62,456 bases of DNA from an uncultured Candidatus Saccharibacteria bacterium (GTDB taxonomy: Bacteria; Patescibacteriota; Saccharimonadia; Saccharimonadales; JAGQNJ01), in NCBI GenBank assembly GCA_964426845.1, contig CAYRSA010000005.1, positions 52,478 through 114,933 on the forward strand. The letters are read 5' to 3'. The notes under the pieces are model-generated. The model made no database searches. It was not told the DNA's origin and worked only from the letters and a program-made list of their open reading frames with translations. The position numbers and the translations under genes are program-made. Every line of letters starts with the position of its first letter. Position 1 is the first letter of the stretch. Of the stretch, positions 17,138 through 27,705 are shown in pieces.

Positions 17138-18570
17138 AAATTTAGAGCCTTCTTGATGAGCTTTTGAGCCAGTGCCGGGTTAGCCTTACCCTTGGATTCT
17201 TTCATGATTTGGCCGATCAAGAAGCCAATGGCTTTCATTTCGCCATTCTTTACGTCGTCGGCAGCTTGTGGATTGGTGGTAATAACGGCTTGGACGATCT
17301 TTTCAATTTCGCCCTCATCCGATACCTGCAGTAGGTCACGCTCTTTGGCGATAGTCAGAGCGTCGCCACCGTGCTCTACTAGCACTCCCAAAATAATCTT
17401 GGCGCTAGTCGAACTGATTTGATTGGAGTCGACCAATTTACTGAGCTGCAAGAACCCCTCGGCTTCCAGTAAGGCGTCGTCCCAGCTGACTTTTTCCTCG
17501 GCTACCAGGGCTTGGACATCACTAGCCAGCCAATTAGCGATGCGTTTCATATCTTCCGGCGAAGCTTCATCTAGTAATGACAAGATAAAGCGACCGGCCG
17601 GCATAGCATCAACCAGGGTCTCGATGACCGATGAGTCCAGTTTTAGATGGGCCAGTTTGTCCCTAAGAACGTCCGGCATGTCCGGCATAGATTTAGCAAT
17701 AGTGTCGATATATTTGTCGTCCAAGACCACCGGCGGCAAATCAGGATCGGGGAAATACCGATAGTCATGGGCATCCTCTTTTGTGCGCTGAGAGAAAGTC
17801 TTTTGCTTGCCATCATCCCAGCCACGGGTCTCTTGATTGATAACTCCACCTTTTTCCAGAACCTCAATCTGGCGCTTGATCTCGTGCTCGACAGCGCCTT
17901 GGACAGCCTTAAAAGAATTCAGGTTCTTGGTCTCAGTACGCGTACCCATGGTCTTAGGGTCTTTACTAACGCTGACGTTGACGTCAAAGCGCATGTTGCC
18001 GTAATACAGGTTGGCGTCCGACACCTCGGCGTAGCGCATCAGCAGATAGAGTTCGTGAGCATAGGCCTTAGCCTCTTCGGCCGAATGCATATCCGGCTCG
18101 GAGACGATTTCCAATAGCGGTGTTCCGGCTCGGTTCAGATCAACCAACGTATAGTCAGCCCCAGCTGGATGGGTCGACTTGCCGGCATCGGCCTCCAGAT
18201 GAGCCCGAGTGACGCCGATCCGACGCTTGTCGCCAGCCACCACGATATCCACATGTCCACCCAGCACAATCGGCTGGTCGAATTGGGTTATCTGATAACC
18301 GTTAGGCAAATCTGGATAGAAATAATGCTTGCGATCAAACTTGCTAAACTTAGCCGGCTTTGTATTAAGAGCAAAAGCTGCTCGGGAGGCCAGTTCCACA
18401 GCCGCTTCGTTTAATACCGGCAAGGCCCCGGGCATACCCAGGTCAATGTGACTAATCAAAGTGTTGGGCTCGGCCTCGCGAGCGTCGTTGCCAACACCAG
18501 AGAACAGCTTAGTCTTGGTCTTCAACTGAACGTGACACTCAATACCGATGGTTGGCAGATAGTCGCTCAT
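17134..18570 (-). CDS. gatB: Asp/Glu-tRNA amidotransferase subunit B
   Basis: 478 aa starting with IGIECHVQLKTKTKLF and ending in a GatB/YqeY-type C-terminus. Confidence 0.95.
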   Translation of the reverse strand: MSDYLPTIGIECHVQLKTKTKLFSGVGNDAREAEPNTLISHIDLGMPGALPVLNEAAVELASRAAFALNTKPAKFSKFDRKHYFYPDLPNGYQITQFDQPIVLGGHVDIVVAGDKRRIGVTRAHLEADAGKSTHPAGADYTLVDLNRAGTPLLEIVSEPDMHSAEEAKAYAHELYLLMRYAEVSDANLYYGNMRFDVNVSVSKDPKTMGTRTETKNLNSFKAVQGAVEHEIKRQIEVLEKGGVINQETRGWDDGKQKTFSQRTKEDAHDYRYFPDPDLPPVVLDDKYIDTIAKSMPDMPDVLRDKLAHLKLDSSVIETLVDAMPAGRFILSLLDEASPEDMKRIANWLASDVQALVAEEKVSWDDALLEAEGFLQLSKLVDSNQISSTSAKIILGVLVEHGGDALTIAKERDLLQVSDEGEIEKIVQAVITTNPQAADDVKNGEMKAIGFLIGQIMKESKGKANPALAQKLIKKALNL

Positions 18571-18986
18571 AAGGCCCCCAAGTCTTTCAAAGCCTGCCTA
18601 AAACCAATCAGGGCGTTCTTTACTTCTTTTTCTTTGAGTTTCATGCTGGGGTTCTCGTGCAATTTTTTACAAAGCTTGTGAGCGTACCACAAGCCATCGT
18701 TGTCGGTAAAAGTTCTTTGGGCGCTAACTAACCGCTCGCCCATCGACTTGCCCTTAAAGCCTTTTTTAATCAAGGCTTTGTCCAGTAATTTGTCAGCTGC
18801 AATAATCGCTTGGGGCCAAGTGTCCTTGGACTTACAGTAACCCTGTAATTCTTTCCACCTAGCATTATAGGTCTTCTTGCGAGGTTTAAGAGGCGCTCGG
18901 CGCATGCCCATTTTTATAACTATAAACAGCACAGTAAAGCCAACGATCACGAAACCAATAATGGCAATAATTACTTCGGGACTCAT
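18567..18986 (-). CDS. Hypothetical membrane-anchored protein inserted between gatA and gatB
   Basis: 139 aa with an N-terminal TM (EVIIAIIGFVIVGFTVLFIVI) followed by a Lys-rich helical domain. It has 4-nt start/stop overlaps with gatA (18983-18986) and gatB (18567-18570). Confidence 0.65.
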   Translation of the reverse strand: MSPEVIIAIIGFVIVGFTVLFIVIKMGMRRAPLKPRKKTYNARWKELQGYCKSKDTWPQAIIAADKLLDKALIKKGFKGKSMGERLVSAQRTFTDNDGLWYAHKLCKKLHENPSMKLKEKEVKNALIGFRQALKDLGAL

Positions 18987-20404
18987 AGCAGCTGCTCCAA
19001 TTCATAGCTTAGGCCCAGTAGTTCGCGGTCCTGGCGCTGCGGAGCAATAATCTGCAAGCCCACTGGCAAGCTGGCATCTGCGCCAACCGGCAAACTAATG
19101 GCTGGAGAACCCGTCAAGTTAAAACTGACTGTCATAATGTCGTTAAGATACATCTGTAGCGGATCGCCACTGTTAGCGCCAATCTTGAAAGCCGTGGTCG
19201 GCGCTGTTGGGCTAACCAAAAAGTCTACTTGTTCGAAGGCCTTGTTGCACTCGCTAATCAGTTTGGTCCGGACCGTCTGCGCCTTTTTGTAATAAGCATC
19301 GTAATAACCACTGGAAAGTACGTAGGTACCAATCATAATTCGCCGCTTGGCCTCTAGTCCAAAGCCGTTGCTACGGGAAAGTTCATAGCTATCGTCCAAA
19401 TCTTTGGCATCCTTGTGGCTATACCCATAACGCTGGCCATCATAGCGACTAAGATTGCTGCTGACTTCGGCTGGGCAAATGATGTAATAACAAGCCAGAG
19501 CTAACGGCAAGGATGGCAAGCTAACTTCTATAACATTGGCTCCGGCAGTTTTAAGTTTGGTGATAGCCGCCTCAACCTGCTTCCGCACTCCGGGCTGGAG
19601 ACCTTCATCAAAGCACTCTTTAATAACACCGATTTTCTTACCCCTAATGCCGGCTGGCAGGGCTATATACGGTTCGTGGTCGCGCTCAATCGTAGTACTG
19701 TCCAGAGAATCCTGACCACTGATGACATCTAGTACCAAGGCGGCATCCTCAACAGTTTTGGTCAGCGGTCCAATCACATCAGTACTGCTGGCCATAGCCA
19801 CCACGCCACTACGTGATACCAATCCGTAGGTTGGCTTAAAGCCAACGACCCCTGAGAAGCTGGCTGGCTGTCGAATCGAGCCGCCAGTGTCGGTCCCCAG
19901 GGCGAATGGCACAACGTCCAAGGCTACAGCCGTGGCTGAGCCACCCGACGAACCACCTGGTACTCTGGATTTGTCATGGGCATTCTTTGTTGTAAAAAAG
20001 TCACTATTTTCAGTAGATGAACCGTGGGCGAAAGCATCTAGGTTGGCTTTGGCTATACAGATTGCCCCTTCAGCTTCTAGCTTCTCAATAGCTGTCGCCT
20101 GGTAAGGCGCCTCGAAGCCTTTCAAGATATTGCTGGCCGCCGTAGTTTCACCACCAAAAGTCAAAAAGTTATCCTTAGCGATAAACGGCACCCCAGCTAG
20201 TCGTCCGGCCTGCTGGCCCTTGGCAACCTGAGCATCAATTTCCTTGGCCCTGGTCAGCGCCCGATCTTTGGTGTCGGAAATAGTGGCCTGAAAGTCCTTG
20301 GTTTTATCTAATCGCGACAGAGCATCCTCGACTAAATCAACTGCCTTAGTCTTCCCGGACTGGACGCCCTCGGCAATAGTAATAATGGCAGGCCACAAAC
20401 TCAT
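18983..20404 (-). CDS. gatA: Asp/Glu-tRNA amidotransferase subunit A
   Basis: 473 aa with the amidase signature GGSSGGSA ... GTDTGGSIRQPA. Confidence 0.95.
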   Translation of the reverse strand: MSLWPAIITIAEGVQSGKTKAVDLVEDALSRLDKTKDFQATISDTKDRALTRAKEIDAQVAKGQQAGRLAGVPFIAKDNFLTFGGETTAASNILKGFEAPYQATAIEKLEAEGAICIAKANLDAFAHGSSTENSDFFTTKNAHDKSRVPGGSSGGSATAVALDVVPFALGTDTGGSIRQPASFSGVVGFKPTYGLVSRSGVVAMASSTDVIGPLTKTVEDAALVLDVISGQDSLDSTTIERDHEPYIALPAGIRGKKIGVIKECFDEGLQPGVRKQVEAAITKLKTAGANVIEVSLPSLPLALACYYIICPAEVSSNLSRYDGQRYGYSHKDAKDLDDSYELSRSNGFGLEAKRRIMIGTYVLSSGYYDAYYKKAQTVRTKLISECNKAFEQVDFLVSPTAPTTAFKIGANSGDPLQMYLNDIMTVSFNLTGSPAISLPVGADASLPVGLQIIAPQRQDRELLGLSYELEQLL

Positions 20405-20408
20405 GCGT

Positions 20409-20702
20409 CTACCCTAGGACCCGTTTAACTTTAAACTGGCTTTTCTCTGTTGCTGGAGCATTTTTCAATAATTCTTTGGGGCTAGTGCCGTAGTCGATAA
20501 TCTCATCCTTGCGCATGACGTTGGTCAGGCCTGTTACCTGCGAAGTTGGCTCTAGGCCAGACGTATCAACCTCTGACAATTGCTCAACATAACCCAAAAT
20601 CTCGGAAATCTCGCCCTGGAACTGGTCGATTTCCTCTTCAGTAAGCCTCAGCCGAGATAACCGGGCCAACTTTAATACATCATCTCGAGATAATTTCGCC
20701 AT
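20409..20702 (-). CDS. gatC: Asp/Glu-tRNA amidotransferase subunit C
   Basis: ATG 20702 is preceded by GGAGGG and gives MAKLSRDDVLKLARLSRLRLTEEEIDQF. The ORF-track TTG at 20810 adds 36 aa that do not look like GatC. Confidence 0.85.
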   Translation of the reverse strand: MAKLSRDDVLKLARLSRLRLTEEEIDQFQGEISEILGYVEQLSEVDTSGLEPTSQVTGLTNVMRKDEIIDYGTSPKELLKNAPATEKSQFKVKRVLG

Positions 20703-20812
20703 TTGTCCCTCCAGTATACCAACAACCAGGGGTAAATCGAAAAATCTTTTCGCATAGCGAACAATGAGCGTACAATAAACATAAGCAAACTTCCCGTGCA
20801 AGGTAAACAAAT

Positions 20813-21928
20813 ATGTCTCAACTATTAGCCGGTCCAGAAGTACAACCCCAGCCTCATCTACAAGTCGTCCCAGAATTCCTGCTAACTGACGAAGAAATCC
20901 AGCACTTTTACGAAGAGGTTGAGCAAGCCAAACAACGAACAGAGATTGATAAAACTAACACTGAACACCTGAGCACCGAACAGTTTCAGAATGGCTATGT
21001 CGAGCGTTACGGTAGCGTTGACGCAGCTGGCTATGGCCGCGCTGGTCTAGTCGGTATTCCGCGAAACCCAATTACTACAGTACCCGTCATAGCCACAACC
21101 GCCTGGTTCACCAGCACCGAGGGACATAACCTCCACACCGGCTTAAAGTTTCTAGACGCTGGTGTGCCGTTCATAATCCAGGGAGCCGAAGGTAGCCATC
21201 GTCCGGGCTGGCGAAGACTGCGACCCCCCAGTAATGGGATTAATCTAACCGATTCCGCTGCGGCTTTACTGGGCTTTAGTCACTATGTGGCCGGCGAGCA
21301 CAAAAACGTTATTCACAAGTCGGAGCGTGAAGTCATCGGCGAGTCCAGAGGTGGCATGGTAGCCATGGGCGTGCTAGCGCTAGCCGAAAGTTATGATCAA
21401 CAGGTCCTAATGGCTGATCTAACTGCTCCGTGCTTCCCAAGGCCCTTTTCTTTGGAAGATATTAAGAACTTTAAAGACCAGCTAATTGCTGAGCCTAAAA
21501 CCATGGTAGGGCTAGCTGGCAAGATGGCTATGCGCCTACTAGTCCACTACCCTCAAACCCTAGATCTCCACCCCTTATCACTAGTCCATCAACTGGCTAT
21601 TGGCCCTGCCTTGTTTAGCGGTGAAGCCGGTGATCTAGCCAGCGTGATACCGGGTAACCCCATAATCCACGTTACCTGCTTTGATGATGACTTCGCCTCT
21701 ATGCCCAATGAGTGGGATAACATACTTAACCCAGATGAAAACGAAAATAGGCGTATAACTTTACTCAAAGGCAGTCACCTAACAATAGCTGATCCCGAGA
21801 CTTTGCAATATATCTTGGCCCGCAATGAGGCTTACAGAATCATAGCCCAGCACCCGTCTGGCAACCCAACAGGGACAGCGGTTTTCGACTTAGCCCACGA
21901 TATTGTCGCCAAACAAGAAGCTACTTAG
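20813..21928 (+). CDS. Hypothetical protein, possible alpha/beta hydrolase
   Basis: 371 aa with a nucleophile-elbow-like GESRGG (GxSxG) and a C-terminal KGSHL that may supply the catalytic His. Its 3' end overlaps uvrB by 4 nt. Confidence 0.5.
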   Translation: MSQLLAGPEVQPQPHLQVVPEFLLTDEEIQHFYEEVEQAKQRTEIDKTNTEHLSTEQFQNGYVERYGSVDAAGYGRAGLVGIPRNPITTVPVIATTAWFTSTEGHNLHTGLKFLDAGVPFIIQGAEGSHRPGWRRLRPPSNGINLTDSAAALLGFSHYVAGEHKNVIHKSEREVIGESRGGMVAMGVLALAESYDQQVLMADLTAPCFPRPFSLEDIKNFKDQLIAEPKTMVGLAGKMAMRLLVHYPQTLDLHPLSLVHQLAIGPALFSGEAGDLASVIPGNPIIHVTCFDDDFASMPNEWDNILNPDENENRRITLLKGSHLTIADPETLQYILARNEAYRIIAQHPSGNPTGTAVFDLAHDIVAKQEAT

Positions 21929-23889
21929 GCTTTGTCTTTAATCTCTTGAATCAGGTCGCGCAACTCGGCGGCTTTTTCAAATTCTAAGTTGGCGCTGGCC
22001 AAGTCCATCTGAGAAGTCAAATCGCGAATCATGGCGCCATACTCTTCTTTGGGAATTTTCTTCAGATTAATCTTCTTCTTAGCGCCGGGACGATCTTCTT
22101 CGGCCTGCATGCTGGATTCAATAGCTTTTTCGATGCCCTCCGGAGTGATGCCGTGTTTCTTGTTGTAGGCTTCTTGAATTTCTCGGCGACGGTTGGTCTC
22201 GCCAATAGCGCGCTTCATACTGCCAGTCTCGTGATCGGCGTACATAATCACTCGGCCATCCACGTGGCGAGCAGCTCGGCCGATAGTCTGAATCAAGGCT
22301 TGGTCAGATCGTAGGAAACCCTCTTTATCGGCATCAAGAATAGCTACTAAGCTAACTTCTGGCAAATCCAGACCTTCGCGGAGCAAGTTAATCCCAACCA
22401 CCACGTCGTAGACGCCCAGTCGGAGGTCTCTTAAGATGTCAGTTCGGTCCAGCGTGTCGACATCGCTATGAAGATAAGTCACCTTGATGTTGATTTCCTT
22501 GAGGTAGTCAGTCAAGTCCTCGGCCATGCGTTTGGTCAAAGTGGTCACCAGCACCCGGTGGCGCTTTTCGATGGTTTTGCGAATCTCATCAATTAGATCG
22601 TCAATCTGGCCATCAACTGGCCGGACTTCAATCGGCGGGTCAACTAGGAATGTTGGCCGGATAACCTGTTGAACTGGCTCGGGGCTACGGGATAGTTCGT
22701 ATTCAGCCGGAGTAGCACTAACGTAAATCACCTTATTAACGTGTCGCTCGAACTCACTAAAGTTCAGGGGCCGGTTGTCTAGGGCACTTGGCAAGCGAAA
22801 ACCGTGCTCTACCAGAACCTCTTTACGAGCTCGGTCGCCGTTATACATGCCCCGTACTTGCGGAATCGTCATGTGCGACTCGTCGATAAACATTAGGTAA
22901 TCATCCGGGAAGTAGTCCAATAAGGTGGCTGGCTGGTCGCCTTCCTCGCGGTTGGTCAGATAGCGGCTGTAGTTCTCGATACCCTTCACGAAACCGGTCT
23001 CTTCCAACATCTCTAAATCGAAGTTTGTTCTCTGTTCTAAACGTTGTGCTTCTAGCAACAGTCCATTTTTCTTGAAGTAACTTAAGCGGTCGTGCAGTTC
23101 GGCTCGGATCTGACCCATAGCCATTTTGAGCTTAGTTTCCGGAGTCACATAGTGGCTAGACGGGAAAATCTTGAATGAAGCCAGCTTCTCTATGATCTCG
23201 CCAGTCAAGGGGTCGACTTTCATGATGCGCTCGATCTCGTCGCCGAAGAACTCCATCCGGTAGCCGAACTCCTCGGAGGCCGGAAAAACGTCGACTACAT
23301 CGCCGCGGACCCGGAAAGTACCTCGGTGAAAATCAATATCGTTGCGGTCGTACTGGATGTCGGTCAGTTGGCGCAGGAACTTGTCGCGGACTCGACGCTC
23401 ACCGGCTTTAACGGTAATGGCCATATTTCCGTAATCCTCAACCGATCCAATGCCGTAAATACAGCTCACGGAGGCTACAATCAGCACATCCCGTCTGGAC
23501 AACAAGGAATCAGTGGCGGCGTGGCGCAGGCGGTCAATCTCTTCGTTGATGGCCGAGTCTTTCTCTATATAGGTGTCGGAGCGAGGAATATAGGCCTCTG
23601 GCTGGTAATAATCGAAGTAACTGACGAAGTAATGAACGGCGTTGTTGGGGAAGAACTGCTTGAACTCGTTATAAAGTTGAGCCGCCAAGGTCTTGTTATG
23701 AGCCAACACCAGCGTCGGCTTCTGAACCTCCTGCACGACATTGGCCATGGTGAAGGTCTTACCCGAACCGGTCACTCCGAGCAATGTCTGCTCTTTGGTA
23801 TCCTTTTTCAGGCCTGCGACTAATTCAGCAATGGCCGTCGGCTGGTCACCGGTCGGCTTATATTTTGCTTGTAACTTGAACTTAGGCAT
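21925..23889 (-). CDS. uvrB: Excinuclease ABC subunit B
   Basis: 654 aa with Walker [15 protein letters not shown] and the C-terminal UVR motif [18 protein letters not shown] lies 6 nt upstream of the ATG. Confidence 0.96.
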   Translation of the reverse strand: MPKFKLQAKYKPTGDQPTAIAELVAGLKKDTKEQTLLGVTGSGKTFTMANVVQEVQKPTLVLAHNKTLAAQLYNEFKQFFPNNAVHYFVSYFDYYQPEAYIPRSDTYIEKDSAINEEIDRLRHAATDSLLSRRDVLIVASVSCIYGIGSVEDYGNMAITVKAGERRVRDKFLRQLTDIQYDRNDIDFHRGTFRVRGDVVDVFPASEEFGYRMEFFGDEIERIMKVDPLTGEIIEKLASFKIFPSSHYVTPETKLKMAMGQIRAELHDRLSYFKKNGLLLEAQRLEQRTNFDLEMLEETGFVKGIENYSRYLTNREEGDQPATLLDYFPDDYLMFIDESHMTIPQVRGMYNGDRARKEVLVEHGFRLPSALDNRPLNFSEFERHVNKVIYVSATPAEYELSRSPEPVQQVIRPTFLVDPPIEVRPVDGQIDDLIDEIRKTIEKRHRVLVTTLTKRMAEDLTDYLKEINIKVTYLHSDVDTLDRTDILRDLRLGVYDVVVGINLLREGLDLPEVSLVAILDADKEGFLRSDQALIQTIGRAARHVDGRVIMYADHETGSMKRAIGETNRRREIQEAYNKKHGITPEGIEKAIESSMQAEEDRPGAKKKINLKKIPKEEYGAMIRDLTSQMDLASANLEFEKAAELRDLIQEIKDKA

Positions 23890-23911
23890 CTCCTTATTGT
23901 ACCAGTTCTAG

Positions 23912-24574
23912 CTAACCCTGTTTCTTACCCTTCTTTAGGTACCAAAACTGATCGCGCTGAGTGAACTCTTTTCGCAGATCGTCGTGTTTGTCTTTGAGGA
24001 TGGCCTCAATTTTATCAACTAGTTTAGCCGGGTCGCTGTCGTAAACCACAAGTGAACGAGCTGGCGGCTCCAGAATTTCCATCAGCTGGGGTATTAGGTC
24101 AGCCGTCCCACCGCTGGAGATCAGAATACCGCAGGGCTTGTGCGACTCCAGAGCCGAGGTAAACTCATGTAAGCTGCCAAAGCGGCCGCCAACGGTGATG
24201 ACAGCATCGCTGGACTGGATTAAATACAAATCGCGGCCCACGTACTCTAGTCCGGTGAAGTTAATGAAATCGTAATGATCATAGGGTAAGCGGTACTTGC
24301 GCAGGTGTTCGCGCATACTGGCCGCCGGCGAAAAGCCGACCACCATGCCACCAGCATCCTTGGCGCCCTCAGCGGCCGCTTCCGGCAAGCCTACAGTCGC
24401 TCCAGTAGTCAAGATATGCCCCCGCTTGGCAATCTGCCGACCCAGTTCCATAGCTTCGTCTGCCGAGGTCTGCAAGGTTGGCCCTTGAACAGCTCCAGAC
24501 ACGCAAATCGTGAAGCGCAGTTCAATAACGGTCTTATTGGCTTCTTTCCTCTCTTGGAATAGGTAGTTTTTCAT
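23912..24574 (-). CDS. LOG/TIGR00725-like Rossmann-fold protein
   Basis: 220 aa with TTGATVGLPEAAAEGAKDAGG and VGGRFGSLHEF, which resembles the LOG PGGxGTxxE motif. It overlaps the upstream unknown gene by 4 nt. Confidence 0.6.
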   Translation of the reverse strand: MKNYLFQERKEANKTVIELRFTICVSGAVQGPTLQTSADEAMELGRQIAKRGHILTTGATVGLPEAAAEGAKDAGGMVVGFSPAASMREHLRKYRLPYDHYDFINFTGLEYVGRDLYLIQSSDAVITVGGRFGSLHEFTSALESHKPCGILISSGGTADLIPQLMEILEPPARSLVVYDSDPAKLVDKIEAILKDKHDDLRKEFTQRDQFWYLKKGKKQG

Positions 24575-25824
24575 AAGCCGGGTGTCAGGTCCTCGGGCTC
24601 AATCATATCGTTGTCCAATTGTTCGAGAATTTGCTCTTCTAGGTTTTCTTCACCCATATAACGGATAAAGACCTCGTTCCACAGGCTCTCCCGGAAGTGG
24701 TAAACATAACGCTTGGCAAAGGGCTCTTCGTTAGAATACGCAAAGGCCACGTCCATCAGGTTCAGGGCTACCGGATCAACGCCGGTCCGGACTGGCCGGG
24801 CGACGAAGTCCAGGTCCAACCAAAATTCCAGTTCGGGATCCAGGTCATACAGAGCATCTTCGGCTCGGCGCCAGTGCAGATCCTCGGGCTGAACATGGGG
24901 CTGAAAAGCTTCAGGATGAGATTTATCTTTGTGCCGGCCCAGATATTGCTGAATAACTTGCCAATGGATGTCTTGGCCGCCAACTTTAGCCACTGTGGTT
25001 TTGCCAATCAGCGTGTCAATGATCACCTCGCCGAAGTTGGCCTTCATGGATTTCAGCTTAAAGAATGCCGAATACAGTCGAATTTCGTTAATGTAATGAA
25101 AAAGTAATGACATGGTTTTCAGAGGCAAGCCGCGCATGTCCTCTTGCTTCATCGGCAGGACCGCAATCACGCCCAACTCTTTGGTGTGAGTGACATTGTG
25201 CAGTTTTTTCTTAGTGAAAGCGTCGGCTAGCTCGACCCATTTGTCGTGGTCCATGACCACAATATTGATGTCGCGCTCTTCAAAATCCGAGGCTTTAACC
25301 GACTTGAACAGCTCGTTATACTCGTTCAGCCACTCCGGACCTTCAGAAAAACGCAGAGCCGTGTACATTTCGTCAAAGGGCTCGTTCTTCAGCATGCTAT
25401 CGATCGAACGATAGCCCAGGGTTTTCATCATCTGTTTGGGTGGCATTTTCTTCAACAGTTTCTTAGCCGCCGACCGCTTCAGGGCCCAGCATTTCTTGGG
25501 CACCTTAGAGTTTCGGGCAATGGCCACCATCGGTGGTACCAAATCTCGTATACGAGTGGTGTGGGCCGGCAAGCCCAAGAGTTCCTCGGTCATGCGCTCG
25601 TTGTCCTGACGGACTCGGTTTTCCAGGGCATGATACAACTCTTCAGCCGTGGTGTCGTCAGGGTCCAAGCCCAACTCCTTGGTCTTCATGGCCACTTTGC
25701 CGATTATCTCCGAACTTAGGCGGATATCGGCGCTGGGGTTACCACTCAACTTCTCTAGTTGTCGAATAGCATTGGTGAACAGAGGCTCTTCAGCGGCTAA
25801 TAGCTCAGATAATAGCTTGCTCAT
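24571..25824 (-). CDS. Hypothetical 417-aa soluble protein, no family recognised
   Basis: This is the longest ORF in the interval. It fits flush between the PfkB kinase and the LOG-like gene with 4-nt overlaps on both sides. The antisense ORFs here are shorter. Confidence 0.7.
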   Translation of the reverse strand: MSKLLSELLAAEEPLFTNAIRQLEKLSGNPSADIRLSSEIIGKVAMKTKELGLDPDDTTAEELYHALENRVRQDNERMTEELLGLPAHTTRIRDLVPPMVAIARNSKVPKKCWALKRSAAKKLLKKMPPKQMMKTLGYRSIDSMLKNEPFDEMYTALRFSEGPEWLNEYNELFKSVKASDFEERDINIVVMDHDKWVELADAFTKKKLHNVTHTKELGVIAVLPMKQEDMRGLPLKTMSLLFHYINEIRLYSAFFKLKSMKANFGEVIIDTLIGKTTVAKVGGQDIHWQVIQQYLGRHKDKSHPEAFQPHVQPEDLHWRRAEDALYDLDPELEFWLDLDFVARPVRTGVDPVALNLMDVAFAYSNEEPFAKRYVYHFRESLWNEVFIRYMGEENLEEQILEQLDNDMIEPEDLTPGL

Positions 25825-26789
25825 AGCTGGCTCACCTTTATTTCCATATCGTGCAGCCGGGCTGAGGCCTTTAATATCCCTGCCTTCGAGCCAATCTGGC
25901 CGACCACACTAGTAGAATTAGCGCTGGCCAGGGTCAGGGCTTCTTCGACGGTCTGGCCCCTAGCAATAGCCGTCACAAAACCGCTGTTAAAGGCGTCTCC
26001 AGCCCCCAGGCGGTCGATAACTGGCACATCTTCGTAGACACCAGCTTTATACAGCTTAGCCCCGTCACAGGCGTAAGAGCCCTTAGGCCCATCAGTCAGT
26101 AAAACCAAAGGCACATGTCCAGCCGCCGCTACCGCCAGCTCCCGAGCCGTCTCGCCTGGGAAAAGCTGGGCCATTTCTTCCTTATTCAGGCTCAACACTG
26201 ATATAGCCGGTAAAATCTCTTTTAATAACTTCTTTTCTTTCAATTCGCCCTTACCCGGATTGATGGCGATTTTGATGTCGTTCTTCTGAGCGTACTTGAC
26301 GATAGTCTTAAGAGCCGCCGTATCGCCAGATAGCGAACTGATATAAATCCAATCGGCAGTTTGATTAAAAAAGTCTGTTTCCTTGAGGTGGTACTGACTG
26401 GAAGCACCCCTATAGGTCAGGACTGTCCGCTCACCGCCTGGAGATAGCAAAATGGCCGAGAAGCCAGTTCCCAGGTCCCTGTTATAGCCAACCAGCGAGG
26501 TATCGACATTGTCTTGGCGTAAAGTTTCTAAAATCACCTTACCAGGCGTATCGTCGCCGATTTTACCCATATAGAAACTGCGCAGGCCTTGGCGAGCAAA
26601 GGTCACAGCCGCATTAGTAGCCCCACCGCCAGTGCTATGGGTAATGGCCTCAACTTCGTTTTTACTGCCCAGCTCGAATTCGTTAACTTTGTCGCCGTCC
26701 TCATCGCGGTGCGGCTCAAAAATCCGACCCCGCAGAATCACATCCTGTACAGCCGCTCCAATTGATATGATTTTTACATCCCTAGCCAC
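25821..26789 (-). CDS. PfkB/ribokinase-family carbohydrate kinase
   Basis: 322 aa with GGGATNAAVTFARQG and DRLGAGDAFNSGF. Confidence 0.85.
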   Translation of the reverse strand: MARDVKIISIGAAVQDVILRGRIFEPHRDEDGDKVNEFELGSKNEVEAITHSTGGGATNAAVTFARQGLRSFYMGKIGDDTPGKVILETLRQDNVDTSLVGYNRDLGTGFSAILLSPGGERTVLTYRGASSQYHLKETDFFNQTADWIYISSLSGDTAALKTIVKYAQKNDIKIAINPGKGELKEKKLLKEILPAISVLSLNKEEMAQLFPGETARELAVAAAGHVPLVLLTDGPKGSYACDGAKLYKAGVYEDVPVIDRLGAGDAFNSGFVTAIARGQTVEEALTLASANSTSVVGQIGSKAGILKASARLHDMEIKVSQL

Positions 26790-26793
26790 TTGC

Positions 26794-27705
26794 CTACCCC
26801 TTGATTGCTTTCCCTTTACTACCGAACATGTCTATTTTGGCCTCGACCACTTTCTGTACTTCATTGATCACCGTACCCATTAATTTCACTACTGCGTACT
26901 CATCTTCATTAGCCGCCAAGACCTTTTCCAGGGTGTTTCGGTAAGCGATGCGCATATCCGAGTTGATATTAATCTTGCTGACACCAATCTTAGCGGCCTC
27001 TTCGAAATAGTGGCCTGGCGTGCCACTGCCGCCATGCAAACTAATGTTGCAATCAATAGCGTCGCGAATCTGTTGTAATAGCTCCAGGTCGAGCTTCTTG
27101 GGCACCGGATACTTGCCGTGTAGGTTACCGATAGCCGCCGCGAAAGTGTCGATACCGGTAGCCTCAACAAACTCTCTTGCGCCTTGGGGTGTACTTAAAG
27201 TCTTTTTGACTTCCTCATAGTCGATCTTTTCTTTGTGCAAATTAGAGCCACCACCGAAGTAATGTGGTTCGCTTTCTACCAAGGCGCCAGTTTTCTTGGC
27301 ATAGTCCACAACTTTCCGCGTCTCGCGGATGATTTCCTGGTCACTGGCTTGGTGGTTAGCCTGGGAAATATCAATATGAATAAACTCATAGCCGGCGTCG
27401 ATAGCATCCTTGCAGTCCTGCACCGTTGGGCTGTGATCCAGGTTGATAAACATCTCGATACCATACTCGGCCTTGTAGTTATCGACCAGGTCACGAATAT
27501 TCTCCAGACCCATGGCCTCGACTTCGCCCTTACTAACCTCCACCAGAACAGGAGCGTCCTTGGCCTTAGCCGCTCGGGCCACAGCGATCAAAGTCTCTTG
27601 GTTGTCCAAGTTGAAAGCTCCGACCGCGAACTTGCCCTTACGAGACCGTTCCATCAGGGCCCGAGCTTTAATACAGTTTTGTCTCATTTCTCCGATTTCA
27701 GGCAT
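26794..27705 (-). CDS. fba: Class II fructose/tagatose-bisphosphate aldolase
   Basis: 303 aa with AVGAFNLDN, NLDHS and SLHGGSGTP. Confidence 0.85.
   Translation of the reverse strand: MPEIGEMRQNCIKARALMERSRKGKFAVGAFNLDNQETLIAVARAAKAKDAPVLVEVSKGEVEAMGLENIRDLVDNYKAEYGIEMFINLDHSPTVQDCKDAIDAGYEFIHIDISQANHQASDQEIIRETRKVVDYAKKTGALVESEPHYFGGGSNLHKEKIDYEEVKKTLSTPQGAREFVEATGIDTFAAAIGNLHGKYPVPKKLDLELLQQIRDAIDCNISLHGGSGTPGHYFEEAAKIGVSKININSDMRIAYRNTLEKVLAANEDEYAVVKLMGTVINEVQKVVEAKIDMFGSKGKAIKG

Noticed and set aside
20703-20810. N-terminal extensions implied by ORF-track starts (gatC TTG 20810, rmuC 47996, PAP2 50056, 9436, 53758, 34623, 7731)
   Set aside because: The extensions add residues unrelated to the family, overlap neighbouring genes or swallow the promoter box. 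Downstream ATGs have proper SD or -10 context.
23890-23895. AAGGAG immediately upstream of the uvrB ATG, as a Shine-Dalgarno
   Set aside because: Its spacing to the ATG is 0 nt, which is too short to function. It is better explained as the 6-nt spacer after a TACAAT -10 box, which is the leaderless pattern.
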